From IMG/VR virus record IMGVR_UViG_3300020204_000022, positions 8,555 to 72,554 of that record: a DNA stretch of 64,000 nt, one strand, 5' to 3'. The notes below the pieces were generated by a model. The model had not been told where the DNA came from and did no database searches. It worked only from the letters and a program-made list of their open reading frames with translations. The position numbers were made by a program, and so were the translations under genes. Source of the stretch: a virus. Shown in pieces: positions 56,799 to 64,000 of this stretch; within the stretch, counting starts at the first letter, position 1; every line of letters begins with the position of its first letter.

Positions 56799-59231
56799 TT
56801 ATTTTTTTCTCATTCTAAGTTCTCTCAGATATCTTTTTACCACATCCATTTCGTTTGGTTTTTTTGTTTTTGCCACTGGCCCTTGTCGCTGTCCTGGAGG
56901 TGTAATTAATGGAATATGACTTGGTCTTGGGTTAGGCTTTCTCTCTGGCTTCGGACCAGGGTCTGGAGGAGGTAGGGGCTTTGGATCTCTTTTCGGTCTT
57001 GTAGGAACTTGTGGTTTGTAAGGGGTTTCCTTCTCCTCTTCTTTTTCTGGTTGTCTTGCTGGTTCTGCCTCGTTAATTCTCGAGGATTTAAATTCCGAGA
57101 AACTAGTGACTCTTCTGAATGAATTAGATTCAAACAGAGAAAATTTCTTTTGTACGAATCTTGTATTTGATTCCTGAACAATTTCCGAAAGATGCTTCCC
57201 ATTGATTACTAGTTCGTCTTTAACAACGTCATAATCAACTTTGATCTTTGTCCCTTCTTCCACATCATCCTCAATCAAATAAGAAGCAATTGGATCTTCG
57301 ATATATCTTCTAATTGCTCTTTTCATAGGTCTTGCTCCCATACTTGGGTCAAATCCATATTTAACAAGTAATTTATAAACTGAATTACCCCAAACAAGTT
57401 CAATCTTTTGAGTGTCTTTTAATCTTTCTGATACTTTTTGCAATTCTGCTGTTGCTATTCCTTTAATTGCTTCTTCTGATATTGGTTGAAAGATCACAAT
57501 ATCATCAATTCTATTTAAAAATTCTGGAGAGAATTTTTTTTCTGTTTTCAATGCCTGTAGGATCCTTTCCCTCATCTGTTCTTTCGTTTCTCCTCCCCCA
57601 GATTTTTCTGAATTTGATGAAGTAAATCCCCCGATTTTGGTTCTTTCCGCCGATTTGGGATCTTCTTGAGGCTTCATACCGGCGTTTGATGTCATTATAA
57701 TAACCGTATTCTTAAAATCTACAGTTCTACCTTCCCCATCCGTCATTCTTCCATCTTCAAATACGCCCAAAAGAGATTGCAAAACTGTTTTAGAAGCTTT
57801 TTCTATCTCATCAAGTAAAATCAAAGAATATGGTTGTCTTCTTACCTTTTCGGTGAGTTGGCCTCCCTGGCCATAACCAACAAATCCAGGAGGGGCTCCT
57901 ATTAATTTCGATCCTTCGTGTTCCGCTGCAAATTCAGCCATATCAAAACGAATTATCGCTTTTTCGGAACCAAAAATTTCCTCTGCTAATTTTTTGACCA
58001 AGTATGTTTTACCAGTTCCGGTGGGTCCAACAAATAAAAAAACCCCCCCTGGTCGGTTTGGATCTTTCAAACCAACACTATTTCTTCTAACTGTTTTCAC
58101 TACAGTATCAACTGCATCGTCCTGTCCTATTACTTTTGCCTTCAAATTCCTCGCAAGCTCTTTCAAAGAGGCTTTATCTGATTTCTTCATAGTTTGAACA
58201 GGTATTCCTGTCTTTTTAGCCACCAATTCCTCAGCCATATCCCTGGTAATATCTACTCTCTCCCCCATTTCTCCATTTTTTGACATTTGTGTTAGCTGTG
58301 ATTCGATTTCTCTTTTATCATCGTCTAATTGTGCTGCTAGATCATAGTTTCCTTTTTTAGATTCAGATTCTATACGTTTAATTAGATCTTGACGGGTTTC
58401 TTCCAGCGATAATGCTTTGGGGTTTCCCCCGGCAGACATTCGAATTTTTGCTCCCGTTTCATCCATCAAATCGATTGCTTTATCCGGCAAAAATCTGTCG
58501 GTGATGTATCTTTGTGAAAGTTTATAAAATGATTCTAGAGCTTCTTCTGTGTACTTTACGTTGTGAAATTGCTCGTATTTATTTTGAATTCCCCTCAAAA
58601 TTTCCATACATTCTTCGTAAGAAGGTTCATTTACCATAACCTTCTGGAATCTTCTTTCCATCGCTCCATCCTTTTCTATAGAATTTCTATATTCCCCCAA
58701 AGTAGAAGCACCAATTAAATGAAGTTGTCTTCTTGCAAGAAGAGGTTTCAAAGGATCATAAAGTTTTTCGCTTAAGGAATGAATTTCGTCCATAAACAAA
58801 ATTAATGGTTCTGACTCTATCTCTTCCAGAAGCTGACCCCAGGCAGGAGATGACATGGCTTGATTTAAATTCAACATTAATAAAGATGTTCCTTTCAAGA
58901 AATTTGGACATTGAGGACTAGCCATGAGTAAAGCTAGTTTTTCTACTACGGCAGTTTTTCCAACCCCAGGCTCTCCAATCAAAACTGGATTATCTTTTGT
59001 TTTTCTAGCCAAAATGAGTAAAACTTGGTCCAGTTCTTTTTCTCTTCCTATCACCGGATCTATTCTTCCCTCTCTTGCCTCTTCAGTTAAATCAACACCA
59101 AAACTTTTCCAAACCGTACCTCCTCCTACTCCGCCTTGGCCTTCGGGACGATTCTCATTACCATCCTCATTTTCGAATTCATCGTTTGCTTCACTCAAAC
59201 GTTTTGAATATAATTTGCTTAATCTTTTCAT
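56799..59231 (-). CDS. ClpC/ClpB-type double AAA+ ATPase with CTS-like N-terminus and a CTS-like/Pro-rich C-terminal tail
   Basis: Walker A GEPGVGKT and GPTGTGKT, ILFMDEIHSL, GAPPGFVGYGQGGQLTEKVRRQPYSLILLDEIEKA, FRPEFLNRID-like SPEFLNRIDDIV; N-terminus MKRLSKLYSKRLSE|ANDE. Confidence 0.9.
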   Translation of the reverse strand: MKRLSKLYSKRLSEANDEFENEDGNENRPEGQGGVGGGTVWKSFGVDLTEEAREGRIDPVIGREKELDQVLLILARKTKDNPVLIGEPGVGKTAVVEKLALLMASPQCPNFLKGTSLLMLNLNQAMSSPAWGQLLEEIESEPLILFMDEIHSLSEKLYDPLKPLLARRQLHLIGASTLGEYRNSIEKDGAMERRFQKVMVNEPSYEECMEILRGIQNKYEQFHNVKYTEEALESFYKLSQRYITDRFLPDKAIDLMDETGAKIRMSAGGNPKALSLEETRQDLIKRIESESKKGNYDLAAQLDDDKREIESQLTQMSKNGEMGERVDITRDMAEELVAKKTGIPVQTMKKSDKASLKELARNLKAKVIGQDDAVDTVVKTVRRNSVGLKDPNRPGGVFLFVGPTGTGKTYLVKKLAEEIFGSEKAIIRFDMAEFAAEHEGSKLIGAPPGFVGYGQGGQLTEKVRRQPYSLILLDEIEKASKTVLQSLLGVFEDGRMTDGEGRTVDFKNTVIIMTSNAGMKPQEDPKSAERTKIGGFTSSNSEKSGGGETKEQMRERILQALKTEKKFSPEFLNRIDDIVIFQPISEEAIKGIATAELQKVSERLKDTQKIELVWGNSVYKLLVKYGFDPSMGARPMKRAIRRYIEDPIASYLIEDDVEEGTKIKVDYDVVKDELVINGKHLSEIVQESNTRFVQKKFSLFESNSFRRVTSFSEFKSSRINEAEPARQPEKEEEKETPYKPQVPTRPKRDPKPLPPPDPGPKPERKPNPRPSHIPLITPPGQRQGPVAKTKKPNEMDVVKRYLRELRMRKK

Positions 59232-59248
59232 CGAATTTTTTTTTATTT

Positions 59249-59258
59249 CTTATATATC
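59249..59258 (-). promoter_or_regulatory. Candidate late promoter GATATATAAG on the minus strand
   Basis: Reverse complement of CTTATATATC, 17 nt upstream of the Clp-like ATG. Confidence 0.5.
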
Positions 59259-59350
59259 TTCAAAAGATTCGAAAGTACTAAGAAACATAATTTAATTATG
59301 GGATATAAGAAAACAAGGCGTAGTTCTGCTTCAAAAAAAATTTAAAAATT

Positions 59351-59743
59351 ATGGCAATATTTTATTTTCTTTTAGGTGCGCTTACCGTGGTGGTCTTGGT
59401 CACCGTGGCGGGTGTGTTTAAGATGAATTCGGATTTAGACCGAAAAATCACAATCAAAATCTCCGGCCACATCGAATCGGTCATGAAAGAGATTGAAATT
59501 ACAAGGAACAATTTACACTCCGATGATTCTTACATCCACAATCGGATCGATGAAGTTCTCGACGAAATCAATAAACGAGAAGAAATCGGAATCAGATCGG
59601 GAAGAGAACAATTCGAATCCTTACAAAAGCAGTTGGATTCCAGATGCGATAAGCTCTGGGCTCAGGTGAATGCAAATTACGAGTTGAGCCAAATGAGGCT
59701 CAACGAAATTTCAAACAAAAAAAATTCCCAGACAGGGGGATAA
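59351..59743 (+). CDS. Membrane-anchored coiled-coil protein
   Basis: N-terminal TM IFYFLLGALTVVVLVTVAGVF and coiled coil. Confidence 0.5.
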   Translation: MAIFYFLLGALTVVVLVTVAGVFKMNSDLDRKITIKISGHIESVMKEIEITRNNLHSDDSYIHNRIDEVLDEINKREEIGIRSGREQFESLQKQLDSRCDKLWAQVNANYELSQMRLNEISNKKNSQTGG

Positions 59744-59778
59744 AATCGCAGAACTACGCCTTGATTTAAACTTATATC

Positions 59779-61392
59779 GTGAAAATTTTAGGAATTTCTT
59801 ATGGAGCTCATTCTAGTTCAATAAGCTTGCTGGAAAACGGAAAAGTCGTTTTCTGCTTGGAGGAGGAAAGACATTCTAGAGTTAAACCGTATGTTGACTT
59901 TTATAATAATTGGTTCAGATTTCCACAGATGTCCTTAAATGAATTGTTTGGCAGGATTGGAATAAAATGGGAAGATATTGACCTAGTATCATCCCATAAT
60001 TCATTTGAAGAAATACAATATGTTTTGTCTTGTGTAGGTATTTCCTTTCAAGATCCAAACAAATTTTTTAAATTTGACCATCACGAGTGTCATGCTTTGG
60101 GAGCATATTATTTCAGCGGATTCGAAGAAGATTGTTTGAATATAGTTTTGGATGGGGCTGGTTTTGGAGCATCAGGAAAATATTATTTGGGTAAAAATGG
60201 CGAATTATTATTAATTTCTGAAATTTCGGGGGTAGGCGAAGAGGGATCTATGGCTTCTTTAGGATTATTTTATTCTATAGTCACCGATTTTTTAGAATTC
60301 AAAAGGGTTAAGGATGAGGGTAAAGTAGTTGGCATGTCATCACATGGCAAATTTAACCAGAATTATTATGACCTTTTTTATGACCTAATTAGGGGAGAAG
60401 GTTATCACACAAGATTTATTTCTTTGGACCAGATGGTCAAAACTTTGAATCAAAATTTTTACAATTTGATTGGAGGTAGATTTTGGAAAAATGAAAAACA
60501 AGATTTGGCATACAACGCACAATTGGCTTTCGAAAATAGAATAGTGGAGATTGTTGAAAGTTTGCATTCTGAATTTCCCTTTGCTAGAAAATTGGTTTTA
60601 TCCGGCGGTGTTTTTGCAAACATCAAAGTAAATAAAAGACTGAATGATCTGGATTGGGTGGATGAGGTTTTTGTCATGCCACCAATGTCAGACGAAGGTA
60701 TTTCTGTGGGATCTTGTATTGGTGCATACAGAAAAATAAATTCTGACTTCAGGCCGAGAAAAATACAAAATGTATTTTGGGGAAGTTCTTTTTCGTCTGA
60801 TGAGGTAATTTCCCAATGGGATAATCGGAAATTTGGGGCCAAGAAATATGTGGTTTCGGATGTTGCAAAGTCCTTATCCGAGGGAAAGATTATTGGTTTT
60901 TTTCAAGATGGATATGAACATGGTCCTAGAGCATTAGGTAATAGAAGTATTTTGGCGCATCCTGGTTTGAATTCGACTTACAAGAAGGTTAATGATAGAC
61001 TTCAAAGGAATGATTTCATGCCTTTTGCTCCATCGGTTTTATTCGAAAAAGCACAAGAAATTTTCGAATGCTCCAAATCTAATTATACCGGAGAATTTAT
61101 GACTATGCTTTATAACACTAAACCGGATTGGATAGATAGGATCCCAGCGGTGGTTCATCCGATTGATAAAACCGCCAGAGCACAAATTGTTAAATTTGAA
61201 AACAATCCAAAATTTCACGAGATTATCAATGAATTTTATTTGTTGACCGGAATTCCTTTACTTTTGAACACATCATTCAATGTACACGAAGAGCCAATTG
61301 TTTGTAAACCATCGGAAGCTTTTGCACATCTTGAAACGGGAATTGTTGATGAGTTGGTCATAGGAAATTTAATTTTTTCAAAATTAGATTGA
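59779..61392 (+). CDS. NodU/CmcH-family carbamoyltransferase
   Basis: ILGISYGAHSSSISLLENG, FDHHECHALGAYYFSGF, GYEHGPRALGNRSILAHP, MPFAPSVLFE, TSFNVHEEPIV. Confidence 0.9.
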   Translation: MKILGISYGAHSSSISLLENGKVVFCLEEERHSRVKPYVDFYNNWFRFPQMSLNELFGRIGIKWEDIDLVSSHNSFEEIQYVLSCVGISFQDPNKFFKFDHHECHALGAYYFSGFEEDCLNIVLDGAGFGASGKYYLGKNGELLLISEISGVGEEGSMASLGLFYSIVTDFLEFKRVKDEGKVVGMSSHGKFNQNYYDLFYDLIRGEGYHTRFISLDQMVKTLNQNFYNLIGGRFWKNEKQDLAYNAQLAFENRIVEIVESLHSEFPFARKLVLSGGVFANIKVNKRLNDLDWVDEVFVMPPMSDEGISVGSCIGAYRKINSDFRPRKIQNVFWGSSFSSDEVISQWDNRKFGAKKYVVSDVAKSLSEGKIIGFFQDGYEHGPRALGNRSILAHPGLNSTYKKVNDRLQRNDFMPFAPSVLFEKAQEIFECSKSNYTGEFMTMLYNTKPDWIDRIPAVVHPIDKTARAQIVKFENNPKFHEIINEFYLLTGIPLLLNTSFNVHEEPIVCKPSEAFAHLETGIVDELVIGNLIFSKLD

Positions 61393-61433
61393 ATAAAAGA
61401 AACTTTTACTTGAATACACATAAAAACAAAAAC

Positions 61434-61520
61434 GGAGGTTTGGCAGAGCGGTCGAATGCGACAGTCTTGAAAACTGTTTTACGGGGAACCGTAACCGGGG
61501 TTCGAATCCCTGAGCCCCCG
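61434..61520 (+). tRNA. tRNA-Ser (anticodon TGA), long variable arm
   Basis: GGAGGTT TG GCA...TGC, ACAGT-CTTGAAA-ACTGT, variable arm TTACGG-GGAA-CCGTAA, T-arm CGGGG-TTCGAAT-CCCTG, acceptor AGCCCCC; one A-C mismatch at 3:70. Confidence 0.85.
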
Positions 61521-61526
61521 CACCAA

Positions 61527-61599
61527 GCGGGAGTAGCTCAGTTGGTAGAGCGACAGCCTTCCAAGCTGTAGGTCGCGGGTTCGAACCTCGTCTCCCGCT
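61527..61599 (+). tRNA. tRNA-Gly (anticodon TCC)
   Basis: GCGGGAG TA GCTC...GAGC, ACAGC-CTTCCAA-GCTGT, T-arm CGCGG/GTTCGAA/CCTCG region, acceptor CTCCCGC. Confidence 0.92.
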
Positions 61600-61613
61600 C
61601 TAATCTTAATTAG

Positions 61614-62582
61614 ATGAAAGAAATTTTTCTTGTTGCCGCACACATTTCTGATGAAATCCAGCTTTCTTTTATCAGTGAGCTCATAGGAAATTTAAGAAAG
61701 GAAAAAAAGGAATTTGCGATTGTTAGCCATTCTCCAATCCCTGAATTTCTGACCAAAGAATCTAAATTCTATGTTTATGATTCAGATAACTATTTAATTC
61801 CTAAATATAAAATTCATACGGAAGGATATGGTCATAGAAATTTTTACTTTTGGAATTTTGGTAATTTTAAAATTTCATCTTCTAATTTTTTGTGGGGAAA
61901 TACTGATAATTATGGAATAGCCTGTTTGAAATTGTTACAGAGAGGGACTTTGATGGCAAAATCTTTTGGGTATGATATTCTTCATTATATTGAATATGAT
62001 TATAATTGGAAAAATGAAGTCTCCAACCAATTTTATGAAATATTAACAAAAGATTTAGATACAGATTTAGTTTGTTTTTGGCAAAAAAAAGATCCAATTA
62101 ATCATTTGCTTGGAAATTTCTTTTCTTTCAGAATCAGTTCATTAAAGAATAAAATTCTTTTTTTACAAACCGAAGATTTATTTGATCTGATCCGGTCTTA
62201 TGATTTTTGCGGGGAAAGAGTTACGGAAACATTTTTTCAACCGGAAAAAATACATCGTATAGAAAAGGAAAATTTGGGACTTGAAAACAGAATTTCTCGC
62301 GATAAATTGAATAAGAGTTTAGAAATCTGTTTCTATCAGGAAGGTCCAGAGAATTTGGATTTTTTTTGTTACAACGTTAGCCCAAATTGCATAAAATTGA
62401 ACTTGACATTAGACTCTATTAGAGAAGAAATTGAAATAAATTCCCAAACCTGGATTTTGAGAAAAATTGGTAATCCAGAAAAAATTAAAATTGAATACGA
62501 GGAAAAAATAGAAGAAATAGATTTATCGAATAAAGAAATGTATGATTTTTGGGTTGGATCTACTAAAATAGAATGGAGGTAA
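61614..62582 (+). CDS. Possible glycosyltransferase-like protein
   Basis: Tentative GT-like pattern (MKEIFLVAAHISDEIQLSFISELIGNLRKEKKEFAIVSHSPIP; ILHYIEYDYNW) next to cupin and FkbM genes. Confidence 0.4.
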   Translation: MKEIFLVAAHISDEIQLSFISELIGNLRKEKKEFAIVSHSPIPEFLTKESKFYVYDSDNYLIPKYKIHTEGYGHRNFYFWNFGNFKISSSNFLWGNTDNYGIACLKLLQRGTLMAKSFGYDILHYIEYDYNWKNEVSNQFYEILTKDLDTDLVCFWQKKDPINHLLGNFFSFRISSLKNKILFLQTEDLFDLIRSYDFCGERVTETFFQPEKIHRIEKENLGLENRISRDKLNKSLEICFYQEGPENLDFFCYNVSPNCIKLNLTLDSIREEIEINSQTWILRKIGNPEKIKIEYEEKIEEIDLSNKEMYDFWVGSTKIEWR

Positions 62583-62583
62583 T

Positions 62584-62790
62584 CTAAATCCTGTTTAATC
62601 TCGAATTTTCTTGTTTAAGTTGAGAAATAATCAAATCTGTAGTTGCTTGATTTTTTTCTATTTCATCAGAAATTTTTTCGCACAGATCTTTCATATTTTT
62701 CAAAATTTGACTTTTTTCTTCCTCGGAGTTAGATAATTCCAAAGATAAAATTAAAGATTTTAACTGATTTATGTATTTAGATAATTCCAC
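62584..62790 (-). CDS. Small coiled-coil protein
   Basis: Complete minus-strand ORF; GATATATAAT about 65 nt upstream on the minus strand. Confidence 0.4.
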   Translation of the reverse strand: MELSKYINQLKSLILSLELSNSEEEKSQILKNMKDLCEKISDEIEKNQATTDLIISQLKQENSRLNRI

Positions 62791-62881
62791 AGATTTGAAA
62801 ATTATTTACACAAATATAACCCAAACTCCGAAAACTTTTCCATAAAGTACATAAAATTATATATCAAATTTTGAAATCACA

Positions 62882-63307
62882 ATGGCTAGACTTCCAAATC
62901 CACCAGTCGGTCCTGTTGAAATGCGACCTCCTCATATTTTCAATGTGATCGAATGTCCTAGCTGTAACGTTCCTAAAGGATGGGGATATGAGGTCGTCTT
63001 TGAAAACAACGAACTTTATTGTGGAAAACTTCTTTGTTTTAAGGCTGAAGCCAAATTTTCAATGCACTATCATTTGATCAAAGATGAAACTTGGTATGTA
63101 CAAGAGGGAACTTTTTTATATAGATATATCGACACCAGAAATGCCGAAGTTGGTGAAACAAGATTAGAAAAAGGTGATTCAGTTCGGCAAATGCCCGGCC
63201 AGCCACATCAATTGGAGGCAATAACAGATGGAATAATTTTCGAGGTTTCTACTCAACACTTTGACGAGGATTCATATCGGGTTTGGAAAGGGGACAGCCA
63301 AAAATGA
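62882..63307 (+). CDS. Cupin-domain sugar-phosphate isomerase/epimerase-like protein
   Basis: PKGWGYEVVFENNELYCGKLLCFKAEAKFSMHYHLIKDETWYVQEG...GDSVRQMPGQPHQLEAITDGIIFEVSTQH. Confidence 0.75.
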   Translation: MARLPNPPVGPVEMRPPHIFNVIECPSCNVPKGWGYEVVFENNELYCGKLLCFKAEAKFSMHYHLIKDETWYVQEGTFLYRYIDTRNAEVGETRLEKGDSVRQMPGQPHQLEAITDGIIFEVSTQHFDEDSYRVWKGDSQK

Positions 63308-63987
63308 ATACAAATAAAATGACGGGAAAAGATTGGAAACTTTATTCGGATAAATCCAATTACTATTGGAATCAAAATCTTGATTTTGTTTTAAGTTCCA
63401 ACCATTTTATTCATTATGAATTTTTCTTTAAAGAAATTTATGGATGGGAATATTCCGAAACTAACTGCATTTATGAAATGTGGGGTTGCAAACTAGATTC
63501 GGGTGACGTGGTGGTTGATTTGGGAGCAAATGTAGGTTTTTTCACCCACCTAGCTGCAAAAAAATGTAAAGAAGTAATAGCAATAGAGGGAGGTTATGAA
63601 ATTTTTTCTTGTCTTGTTGAAAATACAAAAGAACACGACAATGTAAAATATTTAAATGCTTCTATTTTGGGAAAATCTTTAGAACCCACAAATGTATGGT
63701 CGCCAAAACACAATCCTCTTTATTTGCAGATTGAGGATGTTTTCAAAATTTTCAATTTGGAAAAAATTGATTTTTTAAAGTGTGACATAGAAGGAGGTGA
63801 ATATGATTTACTTTTAAATTTGGATGAATCAATCCTAAATAAAATCAACAAAATAGCAGTGGAGATGCACGACCCTGCCCGTAATGAAAATTTCTTTATA
63901 CCAGGAAAAGTTAGACATTCTTTTTATTGGGACGTAAATAATAATGGGGAATATCAGACGATGTTTTATTTCGTAAATCAACAATAA
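63304..63987 (+). CDS. FkbM-family SAM-dependent methyltransferase
   Basis: VVVDLGANVGFFTHLAAKKCKEVIAIEG...FLKCDIEGGEYDLLLNL. ATG 63304 is in frame with track ORF 63283..63987. Confidence 0.8.
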   Translation: MNTNKMTGKDWKLYSDKSNYYWNQNLDFVLSSNHFIHYEFFFKEIYGWEYSETNCIYEMWGCKLDSGDVVVDLGANVGFFTHLAAKKCKEVIAIEGGYEIFSCLVENTKEHDNVKYLNASILGKSLEPTNVWSPKHNPLYLQIEDVFKIFNLEKIDFLKCDIEGGEYDLLLNLDESILNKINKIAVEMHDPARNENFFIPGKVRHSFYWDVNNNGEYQTMFYFVNQQ

Positions 63988-64000
63988 ATACAAATAAAAT

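Overview
This window is a section of a large T4-like (gp32/gp61/UvsW/B-family polymerase/NrdAB) tailed-phage genome. Several traits point to a Bacteroidota host: a FISUMP-like domain, an Hc1/H1-like protein, a DUF4494-like protein and A-rich leaders with no obvious Shine-Dalgarno. Left to right it holds: (i) virion/adhesin genes (1-19 kb), including two collagen-like proteins and a 1643-aa LamG + Pro/Thr-repeat + FISUMP-like adhesin; (ii) replication/recombination genes (RuvC-like nuclease, gp32, gp61 primase, UvsY-like, UvsW); (iii) a bifunctional RNA-ligase-like/nucleotidylyltransferase protein; (iv) an sHSP, a HhH-GPD glycosylase, the N-terminal part only of a B-family DNA polymerase, NrdB and NrdA; (v) accessory genes, including adenylate kinase, glycosyltransferase, thioesterase, LRR-like repeat proteins, radical SAM, a PrimPol-like protein, a ClpC/ClpB-type AAA+ ATPase, a HExxH protein, a carbamoyltransferase, two tRNAs, a cupin and an FkbM methyltransferase. 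The most interesting signals are: (1) about 15 unrelated proteins share a short N-terminal signature, roughly M-x(3-8)-F-x-x-F/Y-x(n)-[LIVF]-x-E, resembling T4 capsid-targeting sequences cut by gp21. This implies a large set of packaged, injected proteins, including a Clp ATPase, adenylate kinase, a HExxH protein, LRR-like proteins and a PG-binding/amphipathic protein. (2) NrdA is broken by a naturally split intein whose +1 residue is Gly, which should block canonical splicing. (3) A recurrent GATATATA motif about 13-20 nt before many start codons is a candidate late promoter. (4) The DNA polymerase is split just after motif A. All calls come from reading sequence and protein motifs; no database search was run.
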